Origin: Thermoanaerobaculia bacterium
GTDB taxonomy: Bacteria; Acidobacteriota; Thermoanaerobaculia; Multivoradales; JAGPDF01
Assembly (NCBI GenBank): GCA_018057705.1
Contig: JAGPDF010000007.1
Span: forward strand, 1,125-65,124
DNA length: 64,000 nucleotides
Direction of reading: 5' to 3'
A program made the translations under genes and the position numbers. The first letter of the stretch is position 1, and each line of letters begins with the position of its first letter. The notes under the pieces are model-generated. The model worked only from the letters and a program-made list of their open reading frames with translations. It was not told the origin of the DNA and searched no databases. This document shows positions 40,551 to 49,227 of this stretch, in pieces.

Positions 40551-41456
40551 GTGGAAGCTCGCCTTCCTGCCCTACTGCCGGCGGAGGACTCGCGCCCCGC
40601 GCACGTTCATCGTGCCATGCGCGCTGCCGTTCTCTCGCCAGGCAAGCGTGTCCGCCCCATGCTGACCCTGGCGGTCGCCGAGATGCTCGGCGGCGCCTCC
40701 GACGACGCACTCGACCTGGCCTGCGCGGTGGAGCTCGTGCACTGCTGCTCCCTCGTGCTCGACGACCTGCCCGCGATGGACGACGCCCACCTCCGGCGCG
40801 GTCGGCCGACGCTGCATCGCGAGCACGGCGAAGACGTCGCGCTGCTCGCCGCGTTCGCCTTGCTCAACCGCGGCTATGCGCTCGTCGCCGAGTCTTCGCA
40901 GCGGCTCCATCTGTCGCGCTACAGCCCGGAAGAGCTCCTGCACCACCTCGCCCAGGCGATCGGCACCGACGGGCTCATCGGTGGTCAGGCGATGGACCTG
41001 GCGAACGGCGGCGCCCCTCCGACGCTCGCCGACCTCGAGTACATCCACAGCCACAAGACGGGCGCCCTCTTTCTCGCCGCGGCGGAGCTCGGCGCGATGG
41101 CGGTCGACGCGCGGCGGCGGGATCTGGCGGCGATCGGTGCTTTCGCGAAGAACCTCGGGCTCGCCTTCCAGATCGAGGACGATCTCCTCGACGTCCTCGC
41201 GACGAGCGCGGAGACCGGCAAGGACGAGGGTCAGGATGCCTCGAAGGTGACCTTCGTGAAGCTGCTCGGCGTCGCTGGGGCGCGCTCTCTCGCCGACGAG
41301 CTGCTCGCGTTCGCCCTCGCGTCGGTAGCGCCGTTCGGACGCAAGGCCGAGGTGCTGTGCAGACTGGTCGAGTTCGTGGCCGGCTACGGCAACCTGGGGA
41401 GTCGGCAGGTGACGTTGACGGGTGCGGGCGGAGGGGGCCGGACGGGCGATGAGTGA
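40551..41456 (+). CDS. Polyprenyl diphosphate synthase (FPP/GGPP synthase family).
   Basis: First and second Asp-rich motifs LVLDDLPAMDD and FQIEDDLLD; GTG start; 8-nt overlap with the downstream gene. Confidence 0.8.
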   Translation: MEARLPALLPAEDSRPAHVHRAMRAAVLSPGKRVRPMLTLAVAEMLGGASDDALDLACAVELVHCCSLVLDDLPAMDDAHLRRGRPTLHREHGEDVALLAAFALLNRGYALVAESSQRLHLSRYSPEELLHHLAQAIGTDGLIGGQAMDLANGGAPPTLADLEYIHSHKTGALFLAAAELGAMAVDARRRDLAAIGAFAKNLGLAFQIEDDLLDVLATSAETGKDEGQDASKVTFVKLLGVAGARSLADELLAFALASVAPFGRKAEVLCRLVEFVAGYGNLGSRQVTLTGAGGGGRTGDE

Positions 41457-43287
41457 TCCGCGCGAGCTCGAGATCGCGCGGCGCGAGCTGCAGCGGCTCG
41501 GCTACCTGTCGCACCGCGTGGAGCGCTTCCTCTTGCGCGATGCCCTCGCTCCCGTGGGCGATCCGCGCGCGCTGGCGCACCTGGCGTGGAAGGTCGGACT
41601 ACTCGCCGGTATGCTTCTGGCGCTCGCCAACACCCTGGCCCTGGCGGCGGCCAACGGGCTCTTCGCCGCTGCGCCAGCCGATCTCCTGCCGCTGTTCCTT
41701 CACCTCCTGCCGCCGCTGGTCATCGCATCCGCCGCCGGATTCGTCGCCGTCGTCGCCGGCTTCCTCTTCGCGCTCAAGCTCTTCCCGCGGCGCAGTCTCG
41801 AATGGCTGATTCTCGGCGTGACGTTCGTCGCCACCGCGCTGCTCTTCGGCTGGGCCGTCCTGCGGGCCTGGGATCTCCTGCTCGGGTTGCCGCGCTGGCA
41901 GCGCGTCGTCGCCGGCATCGCCCTGCCGCTGGTCGCGGCGGCGGTGGCGAAGCTCCTGGCGAACGGGCTGCTCTCGATCGCCATCCGCATGACCCGCATG
42001 ACGCCGAGAGAGCGCCTGGTCTCGCGCCGCACCATCCTCGCCGTGACCGGCTCGATCCTGGCAATCGTCGCCACGGTCGCCTTCGTCGTGCCGCAGCGGG
42101 CTCCGGCCGCAGCGCCCGCCTCCCTGCCGAAGGCGGCCGGCGAGCGTGTCCTGTTGGTGGGGCTCGACGGCATTCTCGCCGAGGAGTTCGACTATCTGGT
42201 GGCGCGGGGCGCTCTGCCGGCCATCTCGGGACTGATGCGCGACGGGGCGGTCGTGGCGAGCTACGCGCGCGCCGCGGAGCTCGAACCGGCGGAGTTCTGG
42301 ACGACCGTGGCGACGGGCGTCGGCGGCGAGCTCCATGGGGTGCGATCGCTGGACAGTTTCCGGCCGACCGGACTAGAGACGGCTCTCGCGCGGAGCGGGC
42401 CCTGGCGATTCTGGTGGTCCGGGGTGGCCGTGCCGCTGGGCCTTGCCGAGCATCGACCGCTGCTCGCCAACCGCCGGGCAGCTTTTACCTTCTGGGAGCT
42501 CTCGGCGCGCGGCGGAGCGCCGGCCGCGGCGGTCGACTGGTGGGCGACCTTCCCGCCCGAGCCGCTCGCCGGGCTGGTGGTCGCGCACGGCGCTTTCCAG
42601 CTTCTGCTGGATGGGCACCTGAGTGCCGTGGCGCCGGCCGATCGCGCGCCGGATCTCGCCCGGTTGGCCCGGGCGACCGAGCCCGGGCCTTCGGGCTCGA
42701 CCCTGGAGGCAGCGCTGCCGGCCAAGCTCGCCGAAGAGCTGCTCCGGCGCGCGGTTCTCCCCGATCGCTTCTACCGCGAGGTCGCGCGCCGCGAGGCCGC
42801 TGACCGACCCGAGGCCATGGCGCTCTACCTTCCGGCCATCGATCTGCTCGCCGAGGGCTGGATCGGAGGGGACGTTGCCCTGGCCGACCTGGTGCGCGCC
42901 GAGCTCGAAGAGGCCGACCGCCTGATCGGCGGGCTGATGGAGGGCGTCGGCACCCTTGTGGTCGTGCTCGATCCCGGCCGCAGGAAAGGCGGCATGGGGA
43001 GGATGGGCAGGGTGGGGCGGGTTCTCTTCGCTCATCCGGCGCCGGATCCGCGCGCGATCTGCCGGGGTGGAGCCGATCTGCAGGTGGCTCCCGAGGCGGT
43101 CGCTGCCGCCCTGATCCGCGCCCTGGGCCTGCCGCAGAGTGCGGAGCTTCCCGAACCGCCCGGCTTTTGCTCCTGGCCGGAGCCGCCGGCGCGGGTCTCC
43201 GGCTTCGGCGAACGCTCGCCGGGCGGGGAACGACCCGGTGACAGCCGGGACTATCTCGAAAACCTGCGCTCGCTGGGATACCTCTAG
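41448..43287 (+). CDS. Polytopic membrane protein with a C-terminal alkaline-phosphatase-superfamily (type I phosphodiesterase/nucleotide pyrophosphatase-like) domain.
   Basis: Six hydrophobic segments in the first ~200 aa; RVLLVGLDG...LP...PAEFWTTVATGVGGELHGV matches the Phosphodiest/AlkP core; translationally coupled to the polyprenyl synthase. Confidence 0.6.
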
Positions 43288-43385
43288 CCCGGGCGCTGAC
43301 CCGGGCACGACGCGACCGTCTGCCGGGCAGCGCCTCCAGTCCGTGAGGCCGGTGGGGCTGTTTTGGGGGCGTCGAAAGCGGGTGT

Positions 43386-43943
43386 TCAGTTCGACCAGCT
43401 GTCGGTCGTGCCGCCTTCGAAACTGTCGGCGAACAGCGGCTCGGCCGGGCGTTGCACGGTGCTCATACGGTCGGCGGCTGCGACACCGGCAGACCCGGCG
43501 GGAAGCGGCGCCGTCCGGCCGAGATCCAGTCGCAAGCCGACACTGGCGGCGATCAGCAGCATCGCTGCCGCGGCGAAACCCAGCCAGCGGCGACTGGAGA
43601 ACGCGGCGAGCGCGGCGGACGCCGCCGGGGCGACCCGGCGCTCGGCGGGCACGACCTTCAACCGGTCGCGCAAGGCCACCAATTCGTCGAATTCACGCTG
43701 CAGCAGCGGATCGCCGGCGAGCCGGCTGGAGAAAAGCTCCGCTTCGACAGGGTCGAGTGTACCGTCCACCGCCGCCTCGAGCTGCTCGTACTCCGGCGAT
43801 TCCTCGTCGCGTTCGCCGCGCACCAGCAGGCCCTCGAACGCGACGGCCAGGTCGGCCTCGGCGCGAAGCGTCTCGTCCACCGGGGTCACCGGGCTGGACG
43901 GGAGGGCGGGAGTGGGCAGGAGTCGCAGGTTCGGACGGTTCAT
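43386..43943 (-). CDS. Anti-sigma factor (single TM) whose extracytoplasmic tail ends in the conserved C-terminal tag ...LFADSFEGGTTDSWSN.
   Basis: N-terminal anti-sigma-like helix (EYEQLEAAVDGTLDPVEAELFSSRLAGDPLLQREFDEL); TM WLGFAAAAMLLIAASVGL; sits 63 nt downstream of the ECF-like sigma gene. Confidence 0.55.
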   Translation of the reverse strand: MNRPNLRLLPTPALPSSPVTPVDETLRAEADLAVAFEGLLVRGERDEESPEYEQLEAAVDGTLDPVEAELFSSRLAGDPLLQREFDELVALRDRLKVVPAERRVAPAASAALAAFSSRRWLGFAAAAMLLIAASVGLRLDLGRTAPLPAGSAGVAAADRMSTVQRPAEPLFADSFEGGTTDSWSN

Positions 43944-44006
43944 ATCGGCTCTCGTGAACGGAGATGCGGAAAAAGACTCCCGGTTACCGGCCTGGTGGAA
44001 TCTCTC

Positions 44007-45125
44007 TCAGCCCTCCCATTCCGAGGCGCCTTCCGAAGGACGCGGACGCAGCCGCCGGGCGAGCCGCGCGCGGGCGCTCTTCCTCAGGTTGATGACCTGC
44101 CGGGCGGTGAGGTCGAAGCGCTGGGCGATGGTCCGGTCGTCGAGCGGCAGCTCATCCCAGAGCTCCCGGAGCTCCGGCTCGGGCAGGTCGAGGAGTCGGG
44201 CGAGGTCCGCGCGGGAGGCAAGTCCCGTGAGCGTCAGGAGGGTCAGCCGGTCCCGCCCCTGCTCGTCCCGCAGATTGAGCAGCAGGGCCCGCCGCTGTCC
44301 CAGGGGCAGCTCGCGGACCTCGCTCCAGAGGGCCGCCAGGAACTGGCGCCCTTCGAGCTCCCGGTGAGCCCCGGCGCGCGTTTCGGGCAAATCGAGGCCA
44401 GGCTGCGGATCGGCGCCCTCGGTGCCCGCGCTCGCCGCGCTCTCGCCAGAGAGGGAGAGCGGCGGGCGGTCCTGCACATCGAGCAGGTCGGCGGCAGCTT
44501 TCTGCAGATCGCGGAAGCCCCAGGGTCCTCCGCGCCAGAGCAGCAGGCGCCGCACGAGCTCCGGCAGCGGCAGCGCGCGGGCCGGGCCCGAGAGCGCCAG
44601 GTCGCGCGCCTGGGGAGCGTCGGACTTCGCGCCGGCTCGGGCCGTCCCCTCGGAGGTGGCTCCGGAGGCCGCAGCGCCGCCGGACGAGCCGTCTCGCCAG
44701 GCGGCGAAGCCGCAGAGGAGCGCTCCATCCCTGCCTTCCCAGAGCGCCAGCTCCTCGTCGTGGCGCAGGAGGTAGCGCAGCTGGTTCTGCAACCGGGTGC
44801 GTTCCGGGTGGCGGGCGCGCAGCCAGGCCCGGCAACCGTTGGCGCCCGTCGCCGCGACATAGGCGCGAAAGCTCTCGATCTCGACTTCCGGATCTCCCGA
44901 CAACCACTGCTGGAGCCGCTCTGTCAGCCGAAGAAGGGCGGCGGCATGGACCTCCTCCTGATCGGCCGCCGGCACGCCGCCCAGCTGGCTTCGGATCGTT
45001 CGCCAGAGCAGCGGCGCGGCCTCGCCGAGCAGCAGCCGGCCCAGAGCCTCGCTGGCGGCTGCCGGCCCACGTTCGGCCGCCGACCGCAGCGTGGCGAGCA
45101 GGGGATCGATGGCGAGCGCCTTCAC
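44007..45125 (-). CDS. Divergent ECF-like sigma-70 family factor (372 aa) with an extended linker/insert between regions 2 and 4.
   Basis: GTG start overlapping the MFS stop (GTGA). The region-2-like segment is EEVHAAALLRLTERLQQW...FRAYVAATGANGCRAWLRARHPER. The region-4.2 HTH is RTIAQRFDLTARQVINLRKSARARLARRL. The remainder of the 812-aa ORF is artefact. Confidence 0.55.
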   Translation of the reverse strand: MKALAIDPLLATLRSAAERGPAAASEALGRLLLGEAAPLLWRTIRSQLGGVPAADQEEVHAAALLRLTERLQQWLSGDPEVEIESFRAYVAATGANGCRAWLRARHPERTRLQNQLRYLLRHDEELALWEGRDGALLCGFAAWRDGSSGGAAASGATSEGTARAGAKSDAPQARDLALSGPARALPLPELVRRLLLWRGGPWGFRDLQKAAADLLDVQDRPPLSLSGESAASAGTEGADPQPGLDLPETRAGAHRELEGRQFLAALWSEVRELPLGQRRALLLNLRDEQGRDRLTLLTLTGLASRADLARLLDLPEPELRELWDELPLDDRTIAQRFDLTARQVINLRKSARARLARRLRPRPSEGASEWEG

Positions 45126-46387
45126 CCTGGCACTGCCGGCCCGCCGGCCGCGAAGAGCAACACCGTCGCGGCGCACGCGGCGAGGGCGGCGCCGGCGAGA
45201 AAGGCCGCTGAAGGCCCGAAGAGCTGCCAGACGACTCCAAACCAGAGACTGGCGAGGAACGTTCCGACGCCTGCGGCGAGGTGGAACGCGCCGAGTGCAC
45301 TGCCGGCGCCCGGTGGGCTGGCTCCGGCGGCGCCGGGGCCAGCTGAGCCACCCGCACCGGCGAGCTCGACCACCAGCGCCCGTTCGGCGCCTTCGGTGAG
45401 ACCGTAGAAGGCGGCATAGAGCGCGAGCAGGGCGGCGAGCGCCGCGGGCTGTGCCGTGACCGCGAAGCCCGTGTAGGCGATGGCGTACAAGGTCCAGCCG
45501 AGCAGGATGGCGGGCCGGCGGCCGATACGGTCGGCGAGTTTGCCGCCGGGAGCCGAAGCGAGCCACTTCACGACATGGAATGCCGACCAGAGGAGAGTGA
45601 GGCCGACCGCTCCGATGCCGATTTCGGCGGCCCGCAGCAGGAGAAAGGCGTCGCTCGCATTGCCCAGCGCGAAACAGAAGAAAGCGGCCAGAGCCCCGCG
45701 CAGTGGCCCGGGGAGAGGCTCGGACCGCGCCCCGAGCGAAGGGGCGGCGCCCCGGCCGCCGACCGCCGGCGGGGAGCGCCGGGTGGTCTCGCGCGGCAGG
45801 CCGAAAGCGACAGTCAGGAAGCCGGCGAGGGCCGGGAGCGTCGCGACCAGGAAAACCGTCCGCAAGGCGCCGGGCGAGAAGAGCAGGAGGACCGCCGCGA
45901 GGAGGGGGCCGCAGGCGGCGCCCAGGTGGTCGAGGCCGCGGTGATAGGAGAAGGCATAGGCGCGCTCGCCGGGTGCGACCGCCTCGGCGATCAGGGCGTC
46001 GCGCGGCGCCGTGCGCAGGCCCTTGGCGAGCCGGTCCCAGAGCCGCAACGAAATGACCTGGGCGGCGGTGGTGGCGAGCGCGAGCAGGGGTCGCGCCAGC
46101 GCCGACGCGCCGTAGCCGGCGACGACGAAGGGCTTGCGCCGCCCGAGTCGATCGCTCGCCCGGCCGGCCCAACCCTTGACCAGCGCCAGGACGCCCTCGG
46201 CGGCTGACTCCATCGCGCCGAGCACTGCCGCGCCGCCTCCCAGCGCCGCCAGGAAGCCCGGGAGCAGGGGGTACACCATCTCGCTCGCGACGTCCTGGAA
46301 GAACGAACCGGCTCCGAGCCGTCGCACGGTCGGCGGCAGGTCTCGCCCGCGATAGGCGCGCAGGAGGGCCGGGGAGGAGGGGCTCAC
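45122..46387 (-). CDS. MFS transporter.
   Basis: 12-TM profile, G(R/K)xxDRxGRR motif (GRASDRLGRRKP); GTG start overlapping the upstream SBP stop. Confidence 0.7.
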   Translation of the reverse strand: MSPSSPALLRAYRGRDLPPTVRRLGAGSFFQDVASEMVYPLLPGFLAALGGGAAVLGAMESAAEGVLALVKGWAGRASDRLGRRKPFVVAGYGASALARPLLALATTAAQVISLRLWDRLAKGLRTAPRDALIAEAVAPGERAYAFSYHRGLDHLGAACGPLLAAVLLLFSPGALRTVFLVATLPALAGFLTVAFGLPRETTRRSPPAVGGRGAAPSLGARSEPLPGPLRGALAAFFCFALGNASDAFLLLRAAEIGIGAVGLTLLWSAFHVVKWLASAPGGKLADRIGRRPAILLGWTLYAIAYTGFAVTAQPAALAALLALYAAFYGLTEGAERALVVELAGAGGSAGPGAAGASPPGAGSALGAFHLAAGVGTFLASLWFGVVWQLFGPSAAFLAGAALAACAATVLLFAAGGPAVPG

Positions 46388-47985
46388 GGCGGGTCGATTC
46401 TCTCCCGCTCGGTGCCTTCGCGCTCGCCTCTTTCGCGGTCGGCATTTTCCCGCCCCGCCCAGTACATCGTGCGCAGGCTGTGGAGTTCGCCGCTCGGATA
46501 GTGGCGATAGCCCACGAGGCCGGCCGGGTGGACGGCGACGTTGACCTTCGTGAACAGTGAGAGATAGGGCAAGTCGTGCGCCACGATCTGCTGCGCTTCG
46601 ACGTAGAGCGGCCGACGCGCAGCGCGGTCGGGGAGGCGCGCGCCCTGCTCGACGAGCTCGTCGAAGCGCGGATTGGAGTAGCGCCCGCGGTTGGACCCGG
46701 CCGGCGGTACGCGCTGCGAGTGCAGAATGAGCATGTAGATGTCGGGGTCGGCGATCCCCGTCCACGTCAGGCTGAAGAGCTGGAAGTTGCCGCGCTTGAT
46801 GTCGGCGTAGAACGTCGCGAACTCGTAGGAGCGGATTTCGACATCGACGCCGATCTCGCGCCACATCGACTGGAGGATCTGTGCCTGCAGGACGGCGGTT
46901 TCGTCGGTCGACGTCTTGTAGGTGAGGCGCAGGCGCGGCTCCGGCCCGCTCCCGTCCGGGTCGGGGAAGCCGGCCTCGTCGAGCTGGGCGCGGGCCGCCG
47001 CCGGGTCGAAGGGCGTCGCGGGGAGATCGTCGTTCCTCGCCCAGTTCCCGGGTGGGAGGAGGGTCTCGGTGACGACGCCGAGGCCTCGCCAGAGCGTGCG
47101 CACCAGCTTCTCCCGGTCGAGCGCCAGGGCGAGGGCGCGCCGCACGCGGCGATCGGCGAGCAGCGGATCGGTCAGGTTCAGGCCGAGGTAGACGTAGTTC
47201 GCGCCGCTCGCGGCCGGCACGCTGAAGCGCGGGTCGGCGCGAAAGAGCGGCACGACGTCGGGCGGCAGGGCGTTCACCACCAGCTGAACGCTGCCTTTGC
47301 GCAGCTCGAGCACGCGCACCGTGGCCTCCGGGATCTCGCGCAGCACGACGCGGTCGAGCCGCGGCCGGCCGCGGTAGTGGGCGTCGAACGCCGCGAGCTC
47401 GATGGTGTCGGCGGTGCGCGAGACGAAGCGGAACGGGCCGGTGCCGACCGGCTGCCGGTTCATCGCTTCGGGCGTCGAGCCCGACGGTACGATACCCAGA
47501 TACGAAGTGAGGTTCGGCAGCAGAGCTCCGAACGGCTCCGAGAGCACGAAGTCGACGGTGGTCGCGTCGATCGCGACGACCCGCTGCAGGAAGGCGAAGG
47601 CGCCGCGCTTCGAGCTGGCGACCGTGCCGTCGAGCAGGGTCTCGAAGGTCCACGCGACATCCTCGGCCCCGAAGGTCGAACCGTCGTGGAAGAGAATGCC
47701 GGGGCGCAGGTGAAAGCGCCAGCGCGCTCCGAGATCGAGCACTTCCCACGACTCCGCGAGATCGGGCAGGAAGTCGCCGCTCTCGTCCTTCGTCACCAGC
47801 CCGTCGAGGATGAGCTCGAAGACGCGGCTCGAGGCCTGGTCGGTCGCGACCCGTGGATCGAGATGGATCGGTGCGCTTTCGAGCGCGACGGTGAGGGAGT
47901 TGTCTGCCGGCGGGCGGGGGGGCGGTGCCGGGCCGCAGGCCGCGACGAGAAGCGCCAGCGGGAGGAGGCCGGCCCTCAGTACCAT
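46384..47985 (-). CDS. ABC-transporter family-5 substrate-binding lipoprotein (OppA/DppA-like).
   Basis: Lipobox LLVAACG; SBP_bac_5-like sequence throughout. No cognate permease or ATPase genes adjacent; an MFS gene follows instead. Confidence 0.75.
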   Translation of the reverse strand: MVLRAGLLPLALLVAACGPAPPPRPPADNSLTVALESAPIHLDPRVATDQASSRVFELILDGLVTKDESGDFLPDLAESWEVLDLGARWRFHLRPGILFHDGSTFGAEDVAWTFETLLDGTVASSKRGAFAFLQRVVAIDATTVDFVLSEPFGALLPNLTSYLGIVPSGSTPEAMNRQPVGTGPFRFVSRTADTIELAAFDAHYRGRPRLDRVVLREIPEATVRVLELRKGSVQLVVNALPPDVVPLFRADPRFSVPAASGANYVYLGLNLTDPLLADRRVRRALALALDREKLVRTLWRGLGVVTETLLPPGNWARNDDLPATPFDPAAARAQLDEAGFPDPDGSGPEPRLRLTYKTSTDETAVLQAQILQSMWREIGVDVEIRSYEFATFYADIKRGNFQLFSLTWTGIADPDIYMLILHSQRVPPAGSNRGRYSNPRFDELVEQGARLPDRAARRPLYVEAQQIVAHDLPYLSLFTKVNVAVHPAGLVGYRHYPSGELHSLRTMYWAGRENADRERGEREGTERERIDPP

Positions 47986-49136
47986 TCGAGCAGCGAGATG
48001 CCGAGTCCGATCCGGGTCGAGCTCTGGTTGTAGTCGATCAGGCTCTCGGCATAGCCGTGGAAGATCTGCAGGTAGCCCTTGAGGTCGCGATGGATCGGAA
48101 AGACCCAGCCGAGCTCGACGGCGCCGTGCGAGCTCGCGCCACCGCGCAGCGAGTGGCGGGCCATGAGGCTGATCTCGTGCTCGCGCAGGCGGCGCACGAG
48201 CAGGAGGTCGCCCCGGCCGGCATAGTCCTCGAGATCGGGGTTGTCTTCGCCGCCCGCGACCTCGGGAAGCCGCCACCAGGGCCGGGCGACGAGCGTCCAG
48301 GCGTCGCGCTCGAAGCCGATCATGCCGATGACGCGGTTCCAGCTCCGGGAGTAGGGCAGATCCGTGCCGTTCGACTGGTGGTTGAGGGAAACGCCGAGAA
48401 GGCGCCCGTCGAGTCCGAGAAGCTCGTAGCTCGTGTGGAAGACGAGCATCAACTCCGGCTCGTAGTTGGTCTCGCGGAAGGGGCGCGACAACTCACTGTT
48501 GTAGACCTGCCATCGGGACGACTGCGTGTAGCCGAACCAGAGATCGCCCCGGTGGCCGAAGAGCTCCTGGGCGATCTTGGTCTTGAAGCTGATCTGGAAC
48601 TTCGCCTCCACCTCGTCCAGATTCTCGGACTCGGTCACCGAGTGACCGGGCTCCGGGCTCGAGGGGAACTGATTGGGAGAATCGGTGTAGAAGGCCGGCA
48701 GGAGATAGACCGGCTTGAAGGCGCGCATCCCGAATGTGCCGAGCTTGGCGTTCCGGGTGAGCTCCCAACGGCTGTCGAGGAGTGAGCTCGCGACCGGCGG
48801 GCCCGCCTCTGCGAGTCCGCCGGCGACGGCCGGCCGCGCCATCATCTCGGCCGGCGGCGGCGGTCCGACGAAGGGCTCGCGCTGCGGCGTCGTCGGCGAA
48901 GACTCGGGAGCGGAGTCCGGGGAGGTCGCCTGCGGCGCCTCCTCGATGCCGCCGGGCCGCCTGTGGCGGCCGACGGCGCGGTCATAGCAGGCCAGCCGCT
49001 CGAAGTCCGAATCGATGCCGACGCAGCCCTCGGGGGAGATCGTCTCCACCTGGGCGAGCGCGGAAGTGGCGGCAAGCGGGGCGAGGCTGTGGATGAGGAC
49101 GAGAGCCAGGCCCCGCAGGGCCTTTGGTAAGATCAT
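47976..49136 (-). CDS. pldA: Outer-membrane phospholipase A (OMPLA).
   Basis: Signal peptide MILPKALRGLALVLIHSLAPLAATSALA; FKPVYLLP, YNSELSRPFRETNYEPEL, and an HQSNG catalytic His/Ser region. Confidence 0.8.
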   Translation of the reverse strand: MILPKALRGLALVLIHSLAPLAATSALAQVETISPEGCVGIDSDFERLACYDRAVGRHRRPGGIEEAPQATSPDSAPESSPTTPQREPFVGPPPPAEMMARPAVAGGLAEAGPPVASSLLDSRWELTRNAKLGTFGMRAFKPVYLLPAFYTDSPNQFPSSPEPGHSVTESENLDEVEAKFQISFKTKIAQELFGHRGDLWFGYTQSSRWQVYNSELSRPFRETNYEPELMLVFHTSYELLGLDGRLLGVSLNHQSNGTDLPYSRSWNRVIGMIGFERDAWTLVARPWWRLPEVAGGEDNPDLEDYAGRGDLLLVRRLREHEISLMARHSLRGGASSHGAVELGWVFPIHRDLKGYLQIFHGYAESLIDYNQSSTRIGLGISLLEWY

Positions 49137-49227
49137 CGGATTCGCGCTCACCGGGCGCCTTGATGCTAGCACTGCGATGTTCGGCCGCCGGCCTCGAACG
49201 GTGGCGATTTCCAAAGGAGCTTCCGAA

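Noticed and set aside
43288-43305. cccgggcgctgacccggg hairpin after the AlkP-like membrane gene as a terminator.
   Set aside because: Short stem, no U-tract on either strand; could be coincidental in GC-rich DNA.
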